Part shown: piece after piece, positions 48,173-57,200 of the stretch | Numbering within the stretch: position 1 is the first letter of the stretch | Layout: each line of letters opens with the position of its first letter | Source of the DNA: Candidatus Sulfotelmatobacter sp. | Lineage (GTDB): Bacteria; Acidobacteriota; Terriglobia; Terriglobales; Acidobacteriaceae | Assembly: GCA_049584475.1 (NCBI GenBank) | Contig: JBAUXX010000004.1 | Span: 5,218 to 69,217 of the forward strand | Length of the DNA: 64,000 nt | Direction of reading: 5' to 3' | Translations under genes and position numbers: made by a program | The notes under the pieces: generated by a model | What the model saw: only the letters and a program-made list of their open reading frames with translations | Databases searched by the model: none | Told to the model about the DNA's origin: nothing

Positions 48173-49384
48173 TTGTTTAGACGGACACGTTACCAACACG
48201 GAAGCGTCGAACGAGAAGAGCGGAAGAAGGGACCAGCAGTCTGGGTCTACCGATGGTGGGAAGAAGACATCAACGGGAAACTGGTGCATCGCAAAGCACA
48301 GGTTGGGGATGTCAGGAAATACCCGACCGAATCTGCGGCACACTCAGCTGCAGACGCTCTTCGGCTAACCGTCAACAATCGCTGCGAACACAGGAACCTG
48401 CGGCGAACCACAATCAACACGCTCTGGGAGCACTACTCTCAAGAGGAACTGCCTCTCAAGGCACTATCCACACAGGATGCGTACATAATTTACGCAAAGA
48501 ACTGGATTGTCCCACGTTGGGGCAATCTGCCACTAGAACAAGTCAAAACTGTCGAGGTAGAGCGCTGGCTACGGGCGACCGGAGTGGCGGATGGGACCAA
48601 AGCCAAAATCAAGTGCGTCATGTCGGCTTTGTTTTCGCATGCCGTTCGGTGGGAGTTCTGTGGCTACAATCCCATTTCTTCAGGGATACCGGTGGGAACC
48701 GGGGGCAAAAGAGGCCCGAGCACCGGCGTCCGGATCAGCGCCAAACGTCAGAGATCCCCTTTGGTTTTGTCATCAGAACAAGTCAAGCTCGGTTTGGCAG
48801 AACTGGAGTTTCGGGATCAGTTGCTCGTGTTTCTAGAGGGAGCCTTGGGCATACGTCAAGGCGAACTCGGAGCGCTACGATGGCTGTCGTGCGATTTCGA
48901 CAACATGAGCATCAGCGTCCAACGCTCGTACTACTGGCGTCGAGGTGGAAACCTGAAGAGCACAAAAACGGAAGCGTCTGCAAAACTGCTGCCGATGCAT
49001 CCAAGCCTGAAGCACTCCTTGCAGGAGTGGAGATCGCAAAGTCTCTACAACAGACCGGAAGACTTCGTATTCCCTTCCGAAAGACTGCAAGGCAGCAAGC
49101 CGTTGGATCTAGCTTCGGTCCTGAAGAAGAAAATTCAGCCTGCATTCAGACGGATCGGAATCACGGGTGTGGGCTGGCACACGTTTCGACATTCGGTTGG
49201 AACCATGCTGGCGGAGATGGGCGAACATCAACTCACAATCCGCGACTACTTGCGGCACAGCAACCTTCACGTCACGAACAAGTACCTGCAGGCGACATCG
49301 AAGACCAAACGTTTGGCACAGGACAAATTGGTCGACGCTATTTTGCCGACGGGTATTTTGCCGAAGACAAACCTAATCCAATGA
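48173..49384 (+). CDS. Tyrosine-type site-specific integrase
   Basis: 403 aa. TTG start with AAGGAG 6 nt upstream. Catalytic residues in GALGIRQGELGAL (Arg), HTFRHSVGT (HxxR) and LRHSNLHVTNKYL (His, Tyr). Ends 107 nt from the tRNA-Asp 3' end. Confidence 0.9.
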   Translation: MFRRTRYQHGSVEREERKKGPAVWVYRWWEEDINGKLVHRKAQVGDVRKYPTESAAHSAADALRLTVNNRCEHRNLRRTTINTLWEHYSQEELPLKALSTQDAYIIYAKNWIVPRWGNLPLEQVKTVEVERWLRATGVADGTKAKIKCVMSALFSHAVRWEFCGYNPISSGIPVGTGGKRGPSTGVRISAKRQRSPLVLSSEQVKLGLAELEFRDQLLVFLEGALGIRQGELGALRWLSCDFDNMSISVQRSYYWRRGGNLKSTKTEASAKLLPMHPSLKHSLQEWRSQSLYNRPEDFVFPSERLQGSKPLDLASVLKKKIQPAFRRIGITGVGWHTFRHSVGTMLAEMGEHQLTIRDYLRHSNLHVTNKYLQATSKTKRLAQDKLVDAILPTGILPKTNLIQ

Positions 49385-49483
49385 GTGCTGTTTGGGAGTG
49401 TTCTCGAATGGGACCATTCTCGTTCGGCGCTTATCGTCCCCTGACATCCCCTGATTTGCCGGACGCTAGGGTTGCAAGTGCTT

Positions 49484-49539
49484 GAAAAGAATGGCGGGGA
49501 CGACGGGACTCGAACCCGCGGCCTCTGCCGTGACAGGGC
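49484..49539. repeat. Right copy of the 56-bp direct repeat (inside and just 3' of the intact tRNA-Asp)
   Basis: Identical to 19174-19229. Confidence 0.9.
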
Positions 49540-49568
49540 AGCGTTCTAACCAACTGAACTACGTCCCC
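49492..49568 (-). tRNA. tRNA-Asp (anticodon GUC), CCA encoded
   Basis: Reverse complement GGGGACGTAGTTCAGTTGGTTAGAACGCTGCCCTGTCACGGCAGAGGCCGCGGGTTCGAGTCCCGTCGTCCCCGCCA. It folds by hand into a cloverleaf: acceptor GGGGACG/CGTCCCC, D stem GTTC/GAAC, anticodon stem CTGCC/GGCAG with loop CTGTCAC, T loop TTCGAGT. 77 nt. Confidence 0.9.
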
Positions 49569-50093
49569 AGCTTGCTGTTCATACGGTTAAGGCCAAACCC
49601 GCATGTTTACTGTCTACTCTTGCTGTCAACCGTTTCGCCTGTTTCAATCCGTTCCACCAAATCTAACCAGTTTTCGGTACGAAATGGACAGTAAATGGAC
49701 GGTATGAAAAACCGCCGGAAACTGTCCGCAGGCTAGCGCGACGCGCCGAGCATCTGTCCATGCTCTGTGCTGAATTGTAACAGAGCATTGTAACAGGGCC
49801 CCAGCTGAATTTGGAGTGACGGCGCGGCAAGCAAGGAACACGCGTCGTCCGGACCTGCCTGATCGAGTCCCTCGGCGCACCCATTCTTCTCCAGGTTTTT
49901 CCTTGCAATCAAAGCCGTCGTCTCATCGGCTGGTGTTTGCCCAGAAGCTGTCATGCCATGCGCTCCAAAAGTAGACGAGTCCTTTAGTCGCGCGATTGCC
50001 TTCGATTGAAGCACGTGGGGTTTCACACGGACCCGTCGATGCCATTGGTCGCATCATCTAACGGGTTGACGATTTGGCATAAGGCTAGACGAC

Positions 50094-52049
50094 CTATTGA
50101 CAGCTTGAACACGCCGGAGTTCGCGTGGCGAAGTAGCCGAAGGTTGATTCCCCTGTTATCGATGAATCCGTTTCGATGAAAAACCCGTGGCCTGAGTCGA
50201 TGAAATAGTAAGCCACTGAGATCGTATTCGGGTCGCCCCCCGGTGTAGGGAGAAAGGTATTGTTCAACGTACCCGTGGTGCGACCGCCGGCGGGAATGCT
50301 AACAAAGGTTCCGGTCAGCATAGTGTCTGGTTGTGGAGATAGGTTCAAATCGGTGTCTACAACACCAGACAACGTGTTCGCCGATCCGTTCACCGTAATC
50401 TGCGCTGTGGCGTCGTTTTCGCTGACTCCGTTTCCCTGGGTGAACTTTAGCCCGTAGCGTCCATTGAATGAAAATGGCGGCGGCGCTTGCTGGCTGGCCT
50501 GTCCCACTCCAACCGAGCCGAGGTTGGCATCGGCGTCGAGGACAAGCGGGGGATTTCCGTTGCCGGTGAGATAGAAAATCAATTCCGGTCCCGCGCCATT
50601 GCTGGTGAAAGTGATGGAAGAATCGACGCGACCGGTTCCGGAGGGATCCAGGAGATAAGTTCCAGTGAACGAGTCGCTGATGCCCACCAGAAATCCACTC
50701 AGAAATTCGTCGTCGTATCCGGTGTTCAGGTTGCCGCTCGCGTCGGCCAAAAATTGCCCTACGGCGGCCAGAGAGGCTGGGAGACCGGTCAAGTCTTCTC
50801 CCGCAATGTTGAATACATAATTCCCCGAGAATGACTGGTTGCTGGTAAATGTGCCCGTGGCGGTTCCCTGACTGATGGCGACTCCCGCAGTGGAGCCGAA
50901 TCCCACGCCTGAGCCAGTGTTGTCGCTCTCGACTAACTTAATGTGCTGCCCGTCGACGATGTAGCCGGTGAATTGTATGGGAGCGGAAGAAAATCCTGCC
51001 GTGAGATTAAATTTCACCGAGCCGAACGCGTCCGGACTAGTGACAGTTCCGGAGAGCGTCGTGCTGAGCGACACCGCTCCGGCGTCATCCTGATCGGCGA
51101 TGCTCCCATTTCCTGAAATGGTGTTTGGCGAATCAATGTTTAACACGCCACCGATGGCCATGGGGCCAGAAGCGAGATCTGTCCCGTTGGCCGCAAAAGC
51201 GTAACCGCCAGTGGGCGTTCCTTTACTTGTTTGCAGATCCAGTGTGCCCGACGATGTTTCGATGCTGGATTGAAGGTTGGGATTGTCGAGAATCGCAATG
51301 AGCGCCTGCGTGCTGGAAAGAAACACAAGGCTGAGGTTTTCTATCCCTTGCTGGCCAATGTTTACGTCAGCGGTGTTGAGCGTAATCGATCCGCGACCGT
51401 CGGGGCCGATGTAGTACGTTCCTCCAGCGATTGGATCTGACACAGAGAGTAACGGATCGCTTTGTGTTTGCTCTCCCGCCGTGATTCCCCCGTTGCCATC
51501 CAGAGAGATTACTCCCGCCAGTTCGAAAGGACCATTCGCGTCGGTTCCTTTTGTCAGGAAAACGTAGTTGCCTTTCAGCATGGCGGCGAAGCCGGTGACA
51601 GTGATCGGAGTCGTGACATTCTTGCTGTGGTCTGCGGTTGCGAAGGCCACAATCGTGACGGTCTGACTGTTCCCGGAGATTGTGGAAGGCGGCGTATAAG
51701 TTGCCGCGCTGCCGCTTGCGGTGTGCAGCGGGCTGAGGTTGCCGCAATTGCCCGCGTTCTGGCATGAGAGAGACCAATCCACGCCGGCCTTACTAGGATC
51801 GTTGCTGACGACGGCCGTGATGGGCGAATTGGAAGCCAGGCTCAGCGATGCCGCAGGCGCCGGTTGGAACGCTATAGACACAGGTGAACCGGGAGGCGGT
51901 GGAGGATTTTGCACGTTCAATGTGCTGCCTCCGCAGGAAGCAAGAACTGCGGTTATTCCCGCAAAACTGAACGAGAGAATCCATCTACGCTTCGCCACGG
52001 CCAAGCTTCTTCGCCACACGCATGTGAGTCCAACGCCGCGAACCATCAT
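50094..52049 (-). CDS. Surface lipoprotein with Ig-like N-terminus and three copies of an uncharacterised beta-rich module
   Basis: I trimmed the track ORF (to 52439) to the ATG at 52049. That ATG forms an ATGA overlap with the upstream gene's stop. Lipobox ITAVLASCGG. Gly/Thr/Ser/Asn-rich. Internal repeats begin GNYVFLTKG..., GNYVFNIAG... and NGRYGLKFTQG.... Confidence 0.7.
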   Translation of the reverse strand: MMVRGVGLTCVWRRSLAVAKRRWILSFSFAGITAVLASCGGSTLNVQNPPPPPGSPVSIAFQPAPAASLSLASNSPITAVVSNDPSKAGVDWSLSCQNAGNCGNLSPLHTASGSAATYTPPSTISGNSQTVTIVAFATADHSKNVTTPITVTGFAAMLKGNYVFLTKGTDANGPFELAGVISLDGNGGITAGEQTQSDPLLSVSDPIAGGTYYIGPDGRGSITLNTADVNIGQQGIENLSLVFLSSTQALIAILDNPNLQSSIETSSGTLDLQTSKGTPTGGYAFAANGTDLASGPMAIGGVLNIDSPNTISGNGSIADQDDAGAVSLSTTLSGTVTSPDAFGSVKFNLTAGFSSAPIQFTGYIVDGQHIKLVESDNTGSGVGFGSTAGVAISQGTATGTFTSNQSFSGNYVFNIAGEDLTGLPASLAAVGQFLADASGNLNTGYDDEFLSGFLVGISDSFTGTYLLDPSGTGRVDSSITFTSNGAGPELIFYLTGNGNPPLVLDADANLGSVGVGQASQQAPPPFSFNGRYGLKFTQGNGVSENDATAQITVNGSANTLSGVVDTDLNLSPQPDTMLTGTFVSIPAGGRTTGTLNNTFLPTPGGDPNTISVAYYFIDSGHGFFIETDSSITGESTFGYFATRTPACSSCQ

Positions 52050-54238
52050 TGCCCTGTGCCTCGCAGGTATATGGTCTGGGTTTGTCCGACGGTGTAAGAG
52101 ATGGTTATGGTTCCCGACTGCAAACCCACGCTCTTCGGCTGAAAGTTGACGGTAAACGTGCAACTGCTTCCTGGAGCGAGGCTGCCCATGCAATTGTCGG
52201 TTTCGGCGAAGTTCCCCTGGATAAGATTCCCGGTGAGGTTCACTGGAGCCGCCTTCGGATCTTTGGGGTCGTTGAAGACCGTTATCGTCAGCGGAGCGCC
52301 AGCTTGCCCGACAATCTGGTTTGGAAAAGTCAAACCCGCGCTGGGAGTCATTCTCAGAGTGCTGGGCAGATTCGCTTTTAGTTCCACGGGAAAACGTCCG
52401 CTGTCGATTTCGCAGTTCGCGGTTGTGCTGCTGGTGCATTGCAGCGTATTCAGCTCAAGGAAATAATCGAGAGCCGGAGTCAAAGAAGTGCTGGGCTGCG
52501 GTGCGAACGCAATTTCGATGGTGCATGAGGCCAGCGGCTGAAGCAACGTTCCCGAACAATCGTCCGCGGAAATCTGGAAATTAGGCTCGTTACTGGTCAG
52601 ATCGCTGTCGCAGTTGTAATTGATAGTCGAACCATTGTGGGTGATGATTCCAGTGTCCACTTGCAGTCCCGATATTGAGCCCGGCCCGAGCGGCCGGGCA
52701 AGGGTGAGACTTCCTCCGTTGCCTGGGTTCACGCACGGGTTGTTCAGGGCAGGCAGAATCTGAACCGGAGCCACGCCCTGGTTAATAAATGACAAAAGCT
52801 GCGGCGCACTCTTTTCTCCCAAGGCCTCAGCGCCGAAATCGAGTTCGGGGGTGGAAGGCACAATCGCGCTGAAACCCGCACCCGTGATGGGCATGGCAAA
52901 CGCCGTATTGCTGTCGGCGCTGGCGGGACTGTTCACGGTAAGGCTGGCGCTCAACGGGGAGGGGCAGAGTGACGGCGCTTTTCCTCCCAGTGCGGCAGAC
53001 GGGAGCCAAGGGCAACTTTGCTGCGGCGAGAACGCGATGGTAATAGTGCAGCTTTGCTGCGGACCCAGATCGAACGTCGATCCGATGGGGCTCGCACAAG
53101 TGTCCTGCTCGGTGAAGTTCGCAATCCCGTTAAAGTCGCTGTCTCCGAAAAGACTGCTTGTTCCCGACTGCGGATTGAACGAAAGTGACAATCCCGTAAG
53201 CGGAGAGCCTGAAAGATCAGCGTTGGTCAGCGTGATGGTTTGCGTCGTGGGAGCTGAACCCACTTGTTGGGGCGGAAAACTTAGGGAAGCGGGAGACAAC
53301 ATGACTGGCTGCGAGCAACTGTTAGTGTTTCCCAGGCCCAGGCAGACGTCGCCAATGTCTCCCGCAAGAGTTCCGCCCGGGCAAGCACTTGTGCTCACAC
53401 CGTATCCATTCGCGCCTTCTAAGACCGCTCCGGCAGCGGAGCTCACGAAATTAACCGGAAAGGGATTGGAAGACCCCACGGGCGCGCCAATCTGGCCCAC
53501 GGTCAACCCGTTGCTCGCGATGATTTGCAGAATAACGGAGCTGCCGCTGATTTGGCCGTTGACGGAAGCGGTGTTCAAACAGGGGTAGCCCTGGAAGGTC
53601 AGGGTGCCGCTGACGGTTGCGTTGCTTGCTCCGATGTTTGCTCCCTGGGAGAGACTACCGGTAACCAGGAAGTCTTGATTCTTGAGCGCCGGATTCAAAA
53701 CGCTGTGGAGGTTTCCCTGAACTGTCCCCGTGAGCGGCGGCACCAGGGTTGCGCTCCATTGCAACCCGGTCTGCGCCTTTCCGCAACCTTTGCCATCGGT
53801 CGAACTATAGGTGCCGATCATGGTGGAACCGTCGGAGCTGAGACTTCCATCTAAGGTAAAGGTCTGCGCTCCGGCTGATACGGTCAGGGTTACCGTCTGG
53901 CCACTGATGGTTCCGGTGACAGGGGCAGATCCGCTGTTGCAAAGCGTCGGCGCGCCACCTGATTGAGCCGGCAAGAAGACGGAGTAAACCACGCCGCCGG
54001 TTACGGCGCCTTGATTTTGCAACAAGAAGCCGCCGCGAATGCCCCCCTGAAATGAATTATCGGAGGGACTTGTCATGGTGAACTGCCAATTGCCGGCGAT
54101 GGACCCGCTGCCCGGGGCCTGAGTGGGCGTGCCGCTATCTCCGCATGCCGACAGGGCCATAAGGCTCGCCAGCAAAAAAAACAACAGACCGTTTACTTTC
54201 CCTCCGAAACAAGTCGATGCGCGATTGGTTGTCTTCAT
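52046..54238 (-). CDS. Surface lipoprotein with choice-of-anchor-D/ASH-like Ig repeats
   Basis: 730 aa. Lipobox LMALSACGDSG. Repeated segments of the type LSFPPQQVGSAPTTQTITLTNADLS, LDFGAEALGEKSAPQLLSFINQG and LTFPNQIVGQAGAPLTITVFND...GSSCTFTVNFQPKSVG. 13 nt after the TBDR stop. Confidence 0.7.
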   Translation of the reverse strand: MKTTNRASTCFGGKVNGLLFFLLASLMALSACGDSGTPTQAPGSGSIAGNWQFTMTSPSDNSFQGGIRGGFLLQNQGAVTGGVVYSVFLPAQSGGAPTLCNSGSAPVTGTISGQTVTLTVSAGAQTFTLDGSLSSDGSTMIGTYSSTDGKGCGKAQTGLQWSATLVPPLTGTVQGNLHSVLNPALKNQDFLVTGSLSQGANIGASNATVSGTLTFQGYPCLNTASVNGQISGSSVILQIIASNGLTVGQIGAPVGSSNPFPVNFVSSAAGAVLEGANGYGVSTSACPGGTLAGDIGDVCLGLGNTNSCSQPVMLSPASLSFPPQQVGSAPTTQTITLTNADLSGSPLTGLSLSFNPQSGTSSLFGDSDFNGIANFTEQDTCASPIGSTFDLGPQQSCTITIAFSPQQSCPWLPSAALGGKAPSLCPSPLSASLTVNSPASADSNTAFAMPITGAGFSAIVPSTPELDFGAEALGEKSAPQLLSFINQGVAPVQILPALNNPCVNPGNGGSLTLARPLGPGSISGLQVDTGIITHNGSTINYNCDSDLTSNEPNFQISADDCSGTLLQPLASCTIEIAFAPQPSTSLTPALDYFLELNTLQCTSSTTANCEIDSGRFPVELKANLPSTLRMTPSAGLTFPNQIVGQAGAPLTITVFNDPKDPKAAPVNLTGNLIQGNFAETDNCMGSLAPGSSCTFTVNFQPKSVGLQSGTITISYTVGQTQTIYLRGTGQ

Positions 54239-54251
54239 GATGTCGGAGGCC

Positions 54252-57200
54252 TCAGAAGCCCCACTTCAGACCAAACTGGATGGTTCGGGGCCGATGTGCG
54301 TCGAGAGGATGCAGAAAAGATGCGCCGGTAACACAATCCGCTCCGCCACTCGCCTGGAAGCCGGCGGAATACTGTGGGCCGGCATAGCAACTGACAATGT
54401 TGTTTCCGCTGCTGCCCGGATTATCGGGATCGTAAATTCGGAACTGGGTGTGGTTGAAAATATTGAAAAACTCCGCACGAAACTCAAGATCGCTGGATTC
54501 CGTAACCTTGAAGTGTTTGAGCAGCGACATGTCGAAGTTCAGACGGCTGGGATTATTCAGAAAGTTTCGTCCGGCGTCGCCAAAGGTAAGTCCGCGAGGC
54601 GCCACAAATTCCGAGGGATTACCCAGGAGCGGACCAAAGCTTTGAAATGTATTCGTAGGTGGCCGCACTCCGCGCACTACGTCCGGGTAGGATTCGGCGA
54701 TGCCGAGGCCGCTGGATACTCCGGCATTGTCGGTCAGAGAAATTCCAGTGTTGCCGGCGCTGTTAATGACGGTGAAAGGCGTGCCCGATTGATAGAGCGT
54801 GACGCCGGAGATCTCCCAACCGCCGAAGAGTTCGTTAACGAACCGCGAACAACAGCCTGAAGTAGCCGATGGATCTTGGGGTTCCGGGGCTATCGCCGCA
54901 TTCCAAAATCCGTGTGCGAAATTCGGGATCTGATACAGGTAGCTGACATTGAGCAGGTGCCTCTCATCGAAATTCGAGCTCGCACGATTTTCGCGCAGGT
55001 TGTAGGAGTCCACCAGTACCGGATCACTACGATCGGAAGCGTCATCCAGCGAATGACTGTAAGTATAGGAAAGTCCGGCAGTGAGTGGACCTCGCGACCG
55101 GCGGAGCGTAACCTGCAATGCGTGATAGTCGGAATCGGCGACATTCTGCAGAGATAAAATCTTTCCTAGACCCGGATACGGCCGCGGCAGCGAGTTGACG
55201 TTAGGGATAAAGGGCGAAGTGCACGCCGCCTGCAAATAGGTGTACGCGGGGTTCTGCGGCGTCACGATTGTTCCACTCTGCAAGAGAAACGGAGTTGTTC
55301 CGTCGCCGGGGTGAGCGGCCCCTGCGATAGGAGAAACGTCGCAATCGGACAGAGCGAGCGGCTCGTTGGGGCCGAACGGATTTTCACTGGCCGGCAGCGG
55401 CGGCAACTGATTGAGCTGGCGCTCGATAGTCAGGTGCGTTCCCTTGCTGCCCACGTAAGCGATATTGGCGAGAATGTCGTGAGAGAGTTCCCGCTGAACG
55501 CCGAAGCTCCACTGTTGCGCATAAGGCCAGATCGCTTTCGTCGGAATCCCGGTGACATCGAGGGGATAGACCGATCCAGCGGGCGGGGCAGGATGCGATG
55601 CGTTCAACGTGCACGCGCTGTTGGATGGATCAAATGCGGCTCCGTAACCCACGTTGCCGATGCACGGATAATTGAGAGGCAGCGGCTGCGTCATGCTGAG
55701 TACGAGAGGCGAACTGGCTTCCAGAGACCCTGTGTTGGCTTCGTTGCCCGTGCCATGTTCGAAGAAGATTCCATAGCCCCCGCGAACCGAAGTCTTGCCG
55801 TCTCCGGTGGGATCCCAGGCAAAACCGACGCGAGGCGCGGGATTGAACAAGTGCCCTTTCATGCAACCGGCCGGTGTGCCGCTAACGCCGCACTGAACCA
55901 ATCCGAGGTCGCTCACGACGGAAGGGTCGATCTGAAACGTGGTGGGATTAAACGGTACAGGAGCGGAGGAATCGTTCTTATCAAGAAGCACGCCGCTGAA
56001 TGGGTCAACAGCAAAACGCGACGCGTCGAATTTTGCGGCCTCCCAGTTCCAGGCGTTTTCATACTTTTCGCGATATGTGCCGAACAAGCTGACTCGCAAA
56101 CCCAGATTTACCGTAAGTCTGGGAGTGACCTTCCAGTCGTCCTGAAAGTACGGTTCGGCGATCTGGTAAGTCTGATAGTAACGGCGCTGTGCAGAATCCT
56201 GGGTAAAGCTTTGTATGTAGCCGGATGTAACCCCGTTAAACTCATACTGAGTCAGGAAATCAGCGAAAGCATTTCCTGTACTGTGGGCCAGATTGCTGAA
56301 AGTCAACAGTCCTTGAACATCACCAGATGCAGCGCCGATCGCGTTGTTCCGTTGATTGCGCTGGGATAACACGTACTGACCGCCGAACTGTAGCGTGTGT
56401 TTGCCGATCGATTTGCCGACGTCATCGCGCAGTGCATAGGTTGGATTTGTGTGGCTCCAGGGCATGTAAGACGGATCAGCCGCAAAACCTCTGCCGCCAT
56501 AAGCCGCATTTGTCCCCAGGAAGTTGATGCCCGGCATCTTGCCGCCGAAGCCGTTGTTGAATAAATATCCCATTGCGCATTGCGGGATGCCGCTTGCCGG
56601 ATCGAGACTGAGCTGAGGATTACACTGTCCAGGAGCCGAAGGGTCGTTGACCAGCGGCTGATTCAGCGCGGGATTGCGTTGAAACCGGGCATTCCCTGGA
56701 CCGTTCTGATCCACGAGGGAAATATTCGAGTCTACGTAACTCACCGCCAACTCGTTGATTAAGGTCGGCGAAATTGTATAAGTGAGGCGTGCTACCAGGC
56801 TCGTGCCCGGCCCCGTAAACCGGTTCTGCACGGTTGGAAATGTGTCGCGGACAACGCCCCATTGCGGCGTCAGAACGGTTGTGTCCCAGGAGTCGTGAAT
56901 GTAGCGGAATGATGCCCTGATCTTTTCGGTGACCGCCTGGTCGATGTGAAACAACTCTTCGCGCCAGTAAGTGGAAGGAGAGACGGCGGCATTGTAACAA
57001 TGATTCGGATCGGTGGGATCTGGATTGGGTACGGTATAGTTGCATCCTGTAGCGGAGTTTGGGAGCGGAATAAGGTTGGCCTCAAGGATTGCCAACGCAT
57101 TCTTATCCACGCCAACGTTCGCCGGCCCAGTAGACTGTTGTTGTCCCAGCAAGTTGTAAATAGGCTGGAGCAGCGTAGGACTTCCGCTCACCGATGGACA

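Noticed and set aside
48253-49485. 410-aa plus-strand ORF overlapping the integrase
   Set aside because: It is an out-of-frame overlap. The 48173-49384 frame contains the R...HxxR...Y catalytic signature and an SD-preceded start.
50094-52439. N-terminal 130 residues of the 781-aa track ORF
   Set aside because: That part overlaps the upstream lipoprotein gene in another frame and is Arg/His/Gln-rich. The internal ATG at 52049 gives an ATGA-coupled start and a proper lipoprotein signal peptide.
55311-56369. 352-aa plus-strand ORF (and other plus-strand ORFs from 54123 to 58083) inside the TBDR gene
   Set aside because: They are antisense shadows of a 1381-aa gene with clear TBDR features.
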